Of a DNA stretch of 55,850 nucleotides, positions 1 to 9,527 are shown piece by piece. Under the pieces are notes generated by a model. That model made no database searches. It saw only the letters and a program-made list of their open reading frames with translations, and was not told the DNA's origin. The stretch lies in contig OMIW01000129.1 in assembly GCA_900299205.1 (NCBI GenBank), positions 1 through 55,850 on the forward strand. The letters run 5' to 3'. Origin of the DNA: Pseudomonadota bacterium (GTDB taxonomy: Bacteria; Bdellovibrionota_C; UBA2361; OMIW01). Numbering within the stretch: the stretch's first letter is position 1; each line of letters opens with the position of its first letter. The position numbers were made by a program, and so were the translations under genes.

Positions 1-255
1 GAGGGATTTATTCGATGTATAATCGCTGACACCGGCGAGGGTATCCCCACCGAAAAACTTGATTCGATTTCCAGACCGTTCCATCAAGTTCAGGACTCGA
101 TCATGGATGGAGTGGGGCTAGGACTTGCAATCGCTAAGCTTTTAACAGAGACAAATCGCGGAGTTTTTTCGGTGAGTTCAGTGGTGGGGTCAGGAAGTCA
201 ATTCTCGGTTGATTTGCCAGTATGGCAGTCACCCGAAACTGCTCGCGAGGAATAA
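1..255 (+). CDS. Sensor histidine kinase, C-terminal fragment (HATPase_c domain; 5' end lies outside the window)
   Basis: Frame 1 is open from the window edge to TAA at 253-255. The translation ...IIADTGEGIPTEKLDSISRPFHQV...GVGLGLAIAKLL...GSGSQFSVDLP carries the G1 (DxGxG) and G2 (GxGLGL) ATP-lid boxes of GHKL kinases. Confidence 0.8.
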   Translation, partial: EGFIRCIIADTGEGIPTEKLDSISRPFHQVQDSIMDGVGLGLAIAKLLTETNRGVFSVSSVVGSGSQFSVDLPVWQSPETAREE

Positions 256-624
256 AGTCAAAGCTGGGCCGCGATTGAACATGAGGAGTATCCTCGCCAT
301 GTTACCTCCTCCAACACTGGAGGTGCATAGTCGCAAACAAGGGGATATTTACGCAGCATTCTACGACCCTTACTCGAGAAGAACGCCACCGATTCGTCAG
401 CGGTGTAGTTCTCTCCCTCCGTATCACAGCTTCCATCTCCGATGCCCGCCTGTCCTCACGATAAGGTCTGCATCCAGATAATACCGTCGACGCGCTGGTA
501 CGAGAACCGATGCGCGGCAAAAAAGAAGAGGGGACTTATCGTAAGTGATTCAGCATGTCAGAGTAAGAAGGGGAGCACGCAGGTCCCATGGTAATTACTC
601 GGCAACGGTGCACAGTATCTCTGG

Positions 625-1485
625 CTAGGGCCGCTGATCCAGAATGCCCGACCACATACGCGGAACCACCTTCGTCAGATAATAGACAAACACCTCTGTT
701 ACCGCTTCGTAACCAAGTGCCGTTGGGTGCAGTTGATCTGCGTTGTAGAGCCGTTTACTGACAAGATCAAACCGGAGATTCGCGGGAAGGTACAGCGAAC
801 TTGTTGCCGCGAATCTCGCATTTAATCGTCCAACCCAAGGCCCTTGCCCCCCCCGATTCGGCAGCAGAAGCCGAGAAACAACCACGATGGGGGTTCTCCC
901 TGAAAGCGCAGTCAGACGGTCACGAAGGTATTTTTGAAGTCGGCGAATTCTGCCATACGTCGGCGAGGTAGGGGGCTCTTTTCTTCGCGCGACACTCCAC
1001 CAATCGTTGCGGCCGATATCGAGAACTATCACATCAGCATCAGAGAGGGTTGCTCTCAACTTTGGAAACGATGATGACGAGCCCGCCAGGGTGGTTTTGA
1101 CTAAACGGTAGAGCTGCTCGGTCGTCTGACCCGGCTTTCCCAGCCCCGCAAAGGAGACGGAAGGCAAACGAATCCTGGCCCTAGTAACATAGCCCCCGCC
1201 GCTGTCTCCATACTGTTCGTCCCCAACTCCCGCGACGATGCTGTCACCGAGTACCGCGATTCGCACCTCCCCATCGCAAGAAATATCAGGAACTCCCTCT
1301 TTCGCCAGACATTCCTGCGAGTCTATCGATGATGCGAAAACCCAGGGTGTCGCTGCCACCCCACACCCACTTTGGTCGCAAGGCTGTGCGGTGGCCGGGG
1401 CGGGACAAATCCCCCCCCAGCCACCAACTGCAGCCACGAGCACAACCACCAATTCTCTGCAGCAACAAGCTAACGACAACCTCAT
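625..1485 (-). CDS. Secreted SGNH/GDSL-family hydrolase (lipase/esterase-like)
   Basis: 286-aa ORF with a hydrophobic N-terminal signal-like segment. Block I IAVLGDSIVAG (GDS), block III DIGRNDWW and block V DQLHPT (DxxH) are present. Confidence 0.75.
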   Translation of the reverse strand: MRLSLACCCRELVVVLVAAVGGWGGICPAPATAQPCDQSGCGVAATPWVFASSIDSQECLAKEGVPDISCDGEVRIAVLGDSIVAGVGDEQYGDSGGGYVTRARIRLPSVSFAGLGKPGQTTEQLYRLVKTTLAGSSSSFPKLRATLSDADVIVLDIGRNDWWSVARRKEPPTSPTYGRIRRLQKYLRDRLTALSGRTPIVVVSRLLLPNRGGQGPWVGRLNARFAATSSLYLPANLRFDLVSKRLYNADQLHPTALGYEAVTEVFVYYLTKVVPRMWSGILDQRP

Positions 1486-1531
1486 CTTATGCCTCCACTC
1501 CTCGGCTCAACTCTATCACCCGGCGAACTAC

Positions 1532-3076
1532 CTACTCCGAGAGTAGCGGCAGCTCCAGTCGCGGGAACAGTGGACCAGCTGTCACCACTGAACGGCCCGC
1601 TAATTCACCCCATTGAGGGCATTCGGCCATCAGCCGCCCTTCGAGCCCCCCCCCAAGGCTGTCCGCCAACTGAGCCATTTTTTTCGGCATCACAGGCGAA
1701 AGCAGAAATGCTGCCATATGAAGAACAGAAACAACCGCCGCCAAAGATTCAGCCGCGACAGCCCGGTCCTCTTTGACAGCCTTCCACGGAGCCATACCGT
1801 CAATGTATTGATTGGTCCTTGATAGCAATTCGACCACCGCACCGATAGCGTGATGCGGCGCAAGCTCGTTAATTGATCTCTTTACTTTTGCAGGAAGCCG
1901 CTCAACGAGCTCTCGCAGATTGACAGTCGCCTCAGTGGCCGTCGATGCAGACGGGATAACGCCACCGAAGTGTTTAGATATAATCGCGATAGTTCGATTC
2001 GCAAGATTTCCCAGATTATTCGCGAGTTCCGCGTTGAGCCTCGTTACCACCAGCTCCTCTGAAAAGCTGCCATCATTCCCAAAAACTATATCGCGCGCCA
2101 ACCAATACCGCGCCGAGTCGATACCTATGGCGTCACACAAGTTCTGCGGAGTCACTACAGGCCCCTCAGACTTTGACATCTTGCCCCCAACCGCATTGAG
2201 AATCCACCCGTGAGCGAAGATCGTGCGGGGCAGCGGAACCCCGAGCGCCATCAACATCGTCGACCAATACACTGCGTGCGTCGTTAGGATATCCTTCCCT
2301 ATCAGGTGGACGACCCCTGACCACCATGTGCGGAACTCCTCCTCCTTTTCTGAACCTTGGCGAAATCCAACCGCAGAGGCGTAGTTGAGAAGCGCATCGA
2401 ACCAGACATATGTGACGAACTCTTCGTCGAACGGGATCGGAATACCCCAGGATAACCGCTTTTTCGGGCGTGATATGCAGAGATCGGTCAAAGGCTGACG
2501 GAGAAAACCAAGGACCTCGCTCCGTTTTCCCTCTGGCTGAATATACTCTGGGTGCTCCTCCAAATAAGCGATGAGAGCGTCTTGGTATCTCGACATCCGG
2601 AAGAAGTAATTTTTCTCGGTTACCCGCTGAACCGGCTTACCCATCGGGCTCAGACCATTTACGAGCTCCTTCTCGGTGAAGAACATCTCCTCACTGACCG
2701 AGTACCATCCCTCATACTCGGAGGCGTAGATATCGCCCCGCTCATAAAGATACGCAAGGCAATCCTGCACCACCCGTTGATGATACGGGAGGGTTGTGCG
2801 CATAAAGATATCGTAGGAAATACCGAGCTCTTGCCACGCCTTTTCAAACGAGGCCGCCATGTCGTCGCAATGCGCCTGGGGAGAGAGCCCGCGCTGATGC
2901 GCGGCTTCCTCAGCCTTTTGGCCGTGCTCATCGACCCCCGTTAAGAAGAGGGTACTGTCTCCGAAAAGTCGATGATACCGGGCGAGAATGTCCGCGATAG
3001 TGGTCGTGTAGAACGTACCGAGGTGTGGCGCCCCGTTAACGTAATAAATCGGGGTGGTAACGTAGAAAGATGACAT
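1532..3076 (-). CDS. metG: Methionyl-tRNA synthetase (short form, no C-terminal tRNA-binding appendage)
   Basis: 514 aa. N-terminus TTPIYYVNGAPHLG (HIGH-type motif), a KMSKS motif (GGKMSKSEG) and an overall MetRS-like sequence. Confidence 0.95.
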   Translation of the reverse strand: MSSFYVTTPIYYVNGAPHLGTFYTTTIADILARYHRLFGDSTLFLTGVDEHGQKAEEAAHQRGLSPQAHCDDMAASFEKAWQELGISYDIFMRTTLPYHQRVVQDCLAYLYERGDIYASEYEGWYSVSEEMFFTEKELVNGLSPMGKPVQRVTEKNYFFRMSRYQDALIAYLEEHPEYIQPEGKRSEVLGFLRQPLTDLCISRPKKRLSWGIPIPFDEEFVTYVWFDALLNYASAVGFRQGSEKEEEFRTWWSGVVHLIGKDILTTHAVYWSTMLMALGVPLPRTIFAHGWILNAVGGKMSKSEGPVVTPQNLCDAIGIDSARYWLARDIVFGNDGSFSEELVVTRLNAELANNLGNLANRTIAIISKHFGGVIPSASTATEATVNLRELVERLPAKVKRSINELAPHHAIGAVVELLSRTNQYIDGMAPWKAVKEDRAVAAESLAAVVSVLHMAAFLLSPVMPKKMAQLADSLGGGLEGRLMAECPQWGELAGRSVVTAGPLFPRLELPLLSE

Positions 3077-3167
3077 ACCAGTCTCACAACCCTAAACAGC
3101 GGAGTGGTGGCAGGAAACTATCATCGGTCCATCACCAGACACACTCACACAATTACAAAAACGGCTG

Positions 3168-3764
3168 CTATACCCGAGGAATGAGCGACGTATCTATCTC
3201 ATCCCCAAGTAGCTCGGGAAGATCGGGGTGCGGTTGAGCACCTCCATGACTATGAACGAGGGGCTGGCGAGAGCGCTGTATGTCCCGTTGCAGCCGGAGC
3301 AATGCATCGATAACCGTCTCAGGTCGGGGTGGACATCCGGGAATGTACATATCCACCGGCAAAATTTTGTCGATACCTGCAACGGTCGTATAGTTGTCGT
3401 AGAAGCCGCCGGAAGACGCACACGCCCCGAACGCGACGACCCATTTCGGCTCTGCCATCTGCTCGTACACCCGCAAAAGGACAGGAGCCAGCTTGTGATT
3501 GATTGTCCCCACGACAAAGAGCAGGTCCGACTGTCGCGGGGTAAACCGAGGCAGCGCCGCCCCGAACCGGTCGGTATCATAGTGGGAGCAGCTCACCGCC
3601 ATAAACTCCATACCACAGCACGCCGTCACAAAAGGGTACGGGAACAGCGAATATTTCCGCGCAAACCCGACAAAACTCTCGAGCTTCGTGACGAAGAATC
3701 CAGGATTATCCTGCGGTATTTCCATCTCCCCTCTTATCAAAACTTTCCCGTTCGGCCACCTCAC
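3168..3764 (-). CDS. nuoB: NADH-quinone oxidoreductase subunit B (NuoB/Nqo6/PSST family), solitary copy
   Basis: Matches NuoB through ACCGMEFM ... FGACASSGGFYD ... VDMYIPGCPPRPE. All four cysteines of the N2 [4Fe-4S] site are present. No nuoA or nuoC lies on either side. The start could be the internal Met (MEIPQ...). Confidence 0.85.
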   Translation of the reverse strand: MRWPNGKVLIRGEMEIPQDNPGFFVTKLESFVGFARKYSLFPYPFVTACCGMEFMAVSCSHYDTDRFGAALPRFTPRQSDLLFVVGTINHKLAPVLLRVYEQMAEPKWVVAFGACASSGGFYDNYTTVAGIDKILPVDMYIPGCPPRPETVIDALLRLQRDIQRSRQPLVHSHGGAQPHPDLPELLGDEIDTSLIPRV

Positions 3765-3993
3765 CGACTTGACTGAATCAAGCCCAAGAATGAAACAAAA
3801 AATGCAGTGACACCGGACCCTTATTTTAGCCCTCCGACACCCATCGTGTCAAAGAGGAGCTATGTGTTGAGCCTTCCGGTTTTATTTGTCTTTTACCCAA
3901 TCCCATGCGATCATTTGAATAAATAACGACATTCTGCTCACCCCTCAAAGGGTCAGCCCCCTCGAACACCCCCTTCGGACCACAGATACCCCC

Positions 3994-4977
3994 ATGAGCA
4001 TCATCTTGATCACCGGCGGGGCCGGTTTTATCGGAAGTAACCTTGTCCGCACCCTCAACGAAGAGGGACTGAACGATATCGTCATCGCAGATAATCTCGG
4101 CAATCAGGGGGGGACCGCCGGCAAATGGCGCACCCTCCTTGGCAAGAAGTTCCGCGACATTATCCCAAAATCAGCGACTATTCAGTTCATTGAGAAGCAT
4201 CGGCGAGATATCGGCGCAGTTATACACCTCGGCGCATGCTCATCCACTCAGGAAATGGACATGGACTTCCTGATGGAGAACAACATTCGGCTTTCCCAGA
4301 AGATTATCCTCCTCGCCGCTGAATTCGGCATTCGGTGCATTTACGCGAGCAGCGCTGCCACTTACGGAATCGGAGAAATTGGCTTCGACGACGATCCTTC
4401 CGTCATTGGGTCCATCCGACCGATTAATCCTTACGGATTCTCGAAACACTTCGTAGATTGCTGGCTCCTTGAAAACCATTTGGAGCAAGCTGCATGTGGG
4501 CTGAAGTTTTTTAATGTCTACGGACCGAACGAATATCATAAGGGGAAAATGAGGAGCCTTGTGCTCACCGCATACCCTCAAATCCTCGATACGGGCATGA
4601 TTCGCCTTTTCAAATCAACCGATCCGCAGTATCCCGACGGCGGTCAACGTCGAGATTTCATTTATGTAAAAGATTGCTGTGACGCCGTTTTGTGGCTTTT
4701 AAAGAATCCCCAAGTGAACGGAATTTACAATGTTGGCACCGGAGCCTCCCGCACCTGGAACGATCTGGCCAACGCTCTCTTCGCAGCTATGGGGTTGCCC
4801 CCCCAGATTGAGTATATCGATATGCCTTCCTCGCTCGTCCCTGGCTACCAGAACTTCACCGAGGCAACCATGACCCGTCTTCACCGCGCCGGATGGAGCG
4901 GCGCAAAGATCACGCTCGAGGAGGGTGTACGAGATTATGTGCAAGGGTATCTTGCCCCGGGAGGAGGGATTCGCTGA
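3994..4977 (+). CDS. hldD: ADP-L-glycero-D-manno-heptose 6-epimerase (SDR family)
   Basis: ILITGGAGFIGSN Rossmann motif, then HLGACSST, YASSAATYG, NPYGFSK, FNVYGPNEYHKG, QRRDFIYVKD and GIYNVGTG. These are collinear with E. coli HldD/RfaD as recalled. Confidence 0.85.
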   Translation: MSIILITGGAGFIGSNLVRTLNEEGLNDIVIADNLGNQGGTAGKWRTLLGKKFRDIIPKSATIQFIEKHRRDIGAVIHLGACSSTQEMDMDFLMENNIRLSQKIILLAAEFGIRCIYASSAATYGIGEIGFDDDPSVIGSIRPINPYGFSKHFVDCWLLENHLEQAACGLKFFNVYGPNEYHKGKMRSLVLTAYPQILDTGMIRLFKSTDPQYPDGGQRRDFIYVKDCCDAVLWLLKNPQVNGIYNVGTGASRTWNDLANALFAAMGLPPQIEYIDMPSSLVPGYQNFTEATMTRLHRAGWSGAKITLEEGVRDYVQGYLAPGGGIR

Positions 4978-5143
4978 GAGAGCAACCCCCTTCACCCCTT
5001 GATTTTCAAACTCGAGTCAATTAAACTCCAAGGTCTCGATTGAACTAGGAACGAGGGAAGGGTCACCTGAAATCCAACACGACCTACATACCGTCCCCTT
5101 TCAACTCCTTGTTTCAACAGAATTCTCTAAGGATTTCAACGTC

Positions 5144-5305
5144 ATGAAACGCACATATCAACCTCACACAAAGAGCAGAGCCACAACCCACGGCTTTCGC
5201 GCCCGGATGGCAACAAAGGGGGGGCGGAAAATCATTAACGCTCGACGAGCTCGTGGCCGGAAGCGTCTCGTCCCTTCGGTTTACCGAAAAGGACATTACA
5301 AGTAG
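5144..5305 (+). CDS. rpmH: 50S ribosomal protein L34
   Basis: Not in the ORF track (53 aa). Hand translation from ATG 5144 gives [43 protein letters not shown]..., the canonical L34 sequence. Stop is TAG at 5303-5305, and rnpA follows. Confidence 0.9.
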   Translation: MKRTYQPHTKSRATTHGFRARMATKGGRKIINARRARGRKRLVPSVYRKGHYK

Positions 5306-5356
5306 GCCAGTCGCGGGTAGCACGTCTCCCCGCCATGCCCTCTCCCGCAGCTCCTC

Positions 5357-5839
5357 ATGAAGGATTTTTCTTTTCCGAAAACGGCTCGGCTCCTCAAGCG
5401 GGCCGAGTTTCTGCGGGTTCAAAATAACGGAAGAAGAGTGCATGGTTCTACACTGATGCTCTTCATTCGCCCAGCTCGCGCTTCCAATGCTCGCCCACGT
5501 CTTGGCATCACCGTAACAACCAAGATCCATAAGCGTTCCCACATTCGCAACAGGATAAAGCGAAGCATTCGTGAGGCGTTTCGACACCACCAGCACAACC
5601 TGAAAAGGGGGATCGAGCTTGTAGTGTCAGCTCGGCCTGAATGTGTTACCCTGCTTCCTCATCAACTTCGCGGGGATTTTATCGCCATACTTTCCCACGC
5701 AGGTTTGATGCTGAGGGGAGACCCTACTATCGAATCGCTTGGTTCGGGGGGGCACCGGTACGAAGGTGGCCGAGGTCGGAGAAACGAAGAGGTCGGCTTG
5801 CGCATGAGGCCTCGTTCGCGGCCTCCGGCACGAACCTGA
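5357..5839 (+). CDS. rnpA: Ribonuclease P protein component, with a ~40-aa Arg/Gly-rich C-terminal extension
   Basis: [16 protein letters not shown]..., [26 protein letters not shown] (RNR motif region), and a position directly after rpmH. Confidence 0.85.
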   Translation: MKDFSFPKTARLLKRAEFLRVQNNGRRVHGSTLMLFIRPARASNARPRLGITVTTKIHKRSHIRNRIKRSIREAFRHHQHNLKRGIELVVSARPECVTLLPHQLRGDFIAILSHAGLMLRGDPTIESLGSGGHRYEGGRGRRNEEVGLRMRPRSRPPART

Positions 5840-5852
5840 AGGGAGCCAATCC

Positions 5853-6251
5853 GTGAGATGCCCAAACCCGATGGAAAAATCACAGAAAGAGAAAGCATCA
5901 CTCGAAGGCCTTTCGAAATCCGTGAGAGCGCGCCTCGAACACCAAAACTTCTCTCCTATCCGGTGGGTCCACAAGGTCTATAAGGTGACTCTCTCTCCGC
6001 TCTTCGCCTGTTTTGGCGCCGAGTGTCGCTTTATCCCTGACTGCTCAAGTTATGCACTTGATGCGATAGAGTCTCGCGGATTCCTTCATGGAGGCATGCT
6101 CGCAGTGCGCCGTCTCTGTCGCTGCCATCCTTGGTGTGCAGGAGGGCACGATCCTGTGCCGAGAGAGGCTGTATCTGACATCCGGTTCGTCTCCCCAGAT
6201 ATACGTAACCAAGTCAACTCTTGCAGAGATCCATGCAAGATTTCGAGCTGA
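5853..6251 (+). CDS. yidD: Membrane protein insertion efficiency factor YidD (extended at both ends)
   Basis: Core YKVTLSPLF...[46 protein letters not shown] matches the YidD family. It lies between rnpA and yidC. The true start may be an internal Met. Confidence 0.8.
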   Translation: MRCPNPMEKSQKEKASLEGLSKSVRARLEHQNFSPIRWVHKVYKVTLSPLFACFGAECRFIPDCSSYALDAIESRGFLHGGMLAVRRLCRCHPWCAGGHDPVPREAVSDIRFVSPDIRNQVNSCRDPCKISS

Positions 6252-6352
6252 GGTAACTCCAGATTCCTACGAACACGCGATGAACTCGATCTGATTAGCA
6301 AAGCTTTTAACCTGTTGAGATAAATTCTCCTCCCTCCCTGCTGGAACAACTC

Positions 6353-8059
6353 ATGGAAGATAGACGCACCGCCTTCGCTATCGTGCTCAGCATCATTGTT
6401 GTCATGATGTACTCTCAAACGGTTCTTACACCACCACCGAGCACGCAACTTCCCCAACAACAATCTCCTTATCCGTCAGCAGGACAGGGGACCGTGGCGC
6501 AACCATCGGCCGGCCTTACCCCCACCACTCCTCCTGCTCCATCGATACAATCCGGCTCAACCCTCACGACGATTACCGCTGACCAGGTGGATGCGGCGGG
6601 GTCTGTGCGGGTCAGGACTCCTGTCATGGCGCTCGATATCTCTCTCCTGGGCGCACGACTTCGGAAACTGACCCTCTCTCGCTACGCAGAGACCCTCGGG
6701 AGTGAGAATGGGATAAATCTGGTTGAAGAGGAACCGAATCACCCCTTTCCGCTCGGTGTTTACACACATTCCGATGCTGACGGAGCAGTTCTGTACGCAG
6801 TCACCAGTCTCGCCGGAGTTCAGCAAACAGCCGATGGGTATCAGCTCGAAGCGAACGAGGGGACAATTACCTTCACGGGAACGCATCCAAATTGGGGAAC
6901 GGTCAGTAAAACCTTTCGCGTAAACAACGATGGATACCTCATCGGGATAGATGTGACTATCACCAATCGAGCAACCGTTCCCCTCTCACTGGAATGGAGC
7001 CACTACATCCCCACCGATCCCGCCCGTGTCCGTAGCGATCCGTGGAATGTAACTCTGCTTGATACAAAAGGTTCAATTTCTCACCTCGCTCCGGACAAGG
7101 TCGCTCTTGGGATAACCGACAAGGGAATCCTCCAGTGGGCCGCGCTGGGCGACCGATATTTTCAGACCGCCCTTATTTCAAAAAATCCCTCAACTCCGTT
7201 CGCTCTCGGCCGCGAGAGCAATACCATGACGGTCCGGAACTTTGGCACTCCAGAATCAGGGAGCTTTCTCCTCTACGCGGGACCAAAAGACCAACAAAAG
7301 TTGAAGGCGACTGGTTTTGATCTTCATCGAACGATAGATCTTGGCTTTTTCACCTTTCTCGCTGACCCACTCCTCCAACTCCTCAGATTTTTCCACTCCC
7401 TCCTCGACAACTACGGACTCGCCATCATTCTTCTGACCCTTGTCATCAAGTTAGTCTTGTATCCCCTTACTGCCGCGAGCTTCAAGTCGATGCAGAAGAT
7501 GCAAGAGGTTCAACCGGAGGTAGAAAAACTGCGGGCAAAATATAAAGATGCCACCGAGCTGAATCATGCAATGATGGAGCTTTACAAGAACAAGGGCGTT
7601 AATCCACTCGGAGGCTGCCTCCCGATGTTCGCCCAGATTCCGGTATTTCTTGGCCTTTACAACGCGCTCCTTCAGTCGATAGAGCTCCGTCACCAACCAT
7701 TTGCGTTTTGGATCACGGATCTTTCATCCCCTGAAAAACTAATCCTCTTTGGTATCCCAATCCCCCTCATGATAGTGATTATGGGCGCGACGATGATCTG
7801 GCAACAGTGGACCACCCCCTCGTCGATGGACCCACAACAAAAAAAGATCATGATGATGATGCCGGTTATTTTTACCGGGATGTTTATTATTTTCCCAATG
7901 CCGGCGGGGCTCGTGCTGTATTGGCTTATAAATAACATCACGAGCATTACTCAGCAGATTTATCTCAAGAACGCTCACGGCACTCATCCGATGATAGCGA
8001 CTCTCGTAACCAGCGTGGTTCTCTTCGTCTTGGGATTTGTGGCGGTTTTGGCCTCATAA
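6353..8059 (+). CDS. yidC: Membrane protein insertase YidC
   Basis: 568 aa. N-terminal TM helix, large periplasmic domain and a C-terminal 60-kDa IMP core (GLAIILLTLVIKLVLYPL, NPLGGCLPMFAQIPVF, GLVLYW). Synteny fits. Confidence 0.9.
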   Translation: MEDRRTAFAIVLSIIVVMMYSQTVLTPPPSTQLPQQQSPYPSAGQGTVAQPSAGLTPTTPPAPSIQSGSTLTTITADQVDAAGSVRVRTPVMALDISLLGARLRKLTLSRYAETLGSENGINLVEEEPNHPFPLGVYTHSDADGAVLYAVTSLAGVQQTADGYQLEANEGTITFTGTHPNWGTVSKTFRVNNDGYLIGIDVTITNRATVPLSLEWSHYIPTDPARVRSDPWNVTLLDTKGSISHLAPDKVALGITDKGILQWAALGDRYFQTALISKNPSTPFALGRESNTMTVRNFGTPESGSFLLYAGPKDQQKLKATGFDLHRTIDLGFFTFLADPLLQLLRFFHSLLDNYGLAIILLTLVIKLVLYPLTAASFKSMQKMQEVQPEVEKLRAKYKDATELNHAMMELYKNKGVNPLGGCLPMFAQIPVFLGLYNALLQSIELRHQPFAFWITDLSSPEKLILFGIPIPLMIVIMGATMIWQQWTTPSSMDPQQKKIMMMMPVIFTGMFIIFPMPAGLVLYWLINNITSITQQIYLKNAHGTHPMIATLVTSVVLFVLGFVAVLAS

Positions 8060-8069
8060 GAAGACTTTT

Positions 8070-9458
8070 ATGGCGCAAAGGCACACAACTACCATTGCAG
8101 CATGCGCCACTCCCGCAGCACCTGGGGGGGTAGCAGTCGTTCGTATCAGCGGTCCCGATAGCCGCTCAGCGCTTGCCACGATTTTTCGCTCTACGAAGGA
8201 CCCAGTATCTCATCCTCGGTCGGTGGTGTTCGGTGATGTGATAGATTTTGCGACAAAGGAGATTCTCGATCGCGCGCTCGTTTTTTTCATGCCGGGACCT
8301 GCCAGCTTTACCGGGGAAGATGTTGCAGAAATTCAATGCCACGGAAGTCCTTTACTCGTCCGAAAGATACTTCGTTCGCTCTACGCATTCGGCATTCTTC
8401 CGGCCAACCCGGGTGAGTTCACCAAGCGAGCGTTTCTCAACGGGAAGCTCGATCTTGTTCAGGCGGAGGCCATCGCCGATCTTATCGCGGCATCGACGGA
8501 GCAAGCTCTGAAACTCGCAGCCGAGCAGCTGAACGGACGGCTCAGTAGCGCGATCTCTGAGGTAGGTTCGCCCCTGAGAGATTCACTCGCTGAACTTGAG
8601 GCGTCAATCGATTTTCCAGAGGAAGATATTAATCCCGCCTCTCAAAGCAGAATAATAGCGGCGGTCGAACAGACGACGAAAAAAGTAGAAACTCTTATAA
8701 ACTCCTATGCGTATGGGCAAGTCGTTCGAGAAGGTTTTAGGGTGCTTCTCGCAGGCCCACCAAATGCCGGGAAATCCAGCCTTCTCAATCTATTCGTTGG
8801 ACATCAGCGAGCAATAGTGACCCATATTTCCGGGACCACTCGTGACCTGCTCGAGGAGGAGGTCACTCTTGACGGGCTTCGATTTATTTTTTGCGACTCT
8901 GCTGGATTGCGTGAAACAACCGATACTGTTGAACAGGTGGGAATTGAACTCGCAAAGAATCGAGTGCCGTGGGCCGACCTTGTGCTGTTCGTAATTGATG
9001 GGGGTGATACGGGGGCTGAATGGCAGCTTGCAGTGAACCACCTTCGCGGTCTTGCCCGGCGAGTATGGCTAGTTGTCAATAAGGTTGATATTGCGCCAAA
9101 TGCCTTTTCGACGATCGCAATAGAGCCGACCCTGTTCAGCCAACGATTTTTTCTATCTGCAAAAACTGAGAGTGGCTTCTCTGCGCTTCAGGAGGCGCTT
9201 GTAGAGGAGGTAAAAACAACAAGCCTCGAAGCCTCAGCAGGCAACACAACTATCACGAACGAAAGACATCGTCTCGCTCTCATAAGTGCTCGAGATGCCC
9301 TGGGGCGCGCCGTTGCAGGACACCTAGGCGGTCAACCAACGGAGATACTCGCCCTCGAGCTTCGTCATGCCCTCGCAAATCTTGATGAAATTGTAGGCAA
9401 GACTTCTACCGAGGATATTCTTGGGAGAATATTCTCGAAATTTTGTATAGGAAAATAG
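8070..9458 (+). CDS. mnmE: tRNA modification GTPase MnmE/TrmE
   Basis: DTIAA-type N-terminus (TTIAACATP...GGVAVVRISG), G-domain GPPNAGKSSLLN and DSAGLRET, and the C-terminal CIGK motif. ATG at 8070 chosen over the upstream ORF start at 8037, which overlaps yidC. Confidence 0.93.
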   Translation: MAQRHTTTIAACATPAAPGGVAVVRISGPDSRSALATIFRSTKDPVSHPRSVVFGDVIDFATKEILDRALVFFMPGPASFTGEDVAEIQCHGSPLLVRKILRSLYAFGILPANPGEFTKRAFLNGKLDLVQAEAIADLIAASTEQALKLAAEQLNGRLSSAISEVGSPLRDSLAELEASIDFPEEDINPASQSRIIAAVEQTTKKVETLINSYAYGQVVREGFRVLLAGPPNAGKSSLLNLFVGHQRAIVTHISGTTRDLLEEEVTLDGLRFIFCDSAGLRETTDTVEQVGIELAKNRVPWADLVLFVIDGGDTGAEWQLAVNHLRGLARRVWLVVNKVDIAPNAFSTIAIEPTLFSQRFFLSAKTESGFSALQEALVEEVKTTSLEASAGNTTITNERHRLALISARDALGRAVAGHLGGQPTEILALELRHALANLDEIVGKTSTEDILGRIFSKFCIGK

Positions 9459-9527
9459 TACCGAGCCTGATAGGAATTGGGGGACAGCCCTGTCAAGTGA
9501 GAGTTTCATCGACAAAGATGGCTGGCC

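Noticed and set aside
209-520. Overlapping 90-aa (+) and 72-aa (-) ORFs in the 369-bp gap between the convergent histidine kinase and SGNH hydrolase genes
   Set aside because: Neither has an SD or a recognisable motif, and both are Arg/Ser/Pro-rich, like random frames. I also tried joining frames to detect a decayed gene and found nothing convincing. A small hairpin (about 279-304) has no T-tract.
3228-3776. 182-aa ORF on the plus strand covering the nuoB locus
   Set aside because: It is antisense to a gene with unambiguous NuoB motifs. Its translation is Arg/His-rich with no family resemblance, which is typical of a shadow ORF in GC-moderate DNA.
4978-5143. Possible oriC or DnaA-box cluster upstream of rpmH
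   Set aside because: I found no TTATCCACA-like boxes clustered here. The isolated near-matches elsewhere (for example near 29390 and 52798) lie inside genes.
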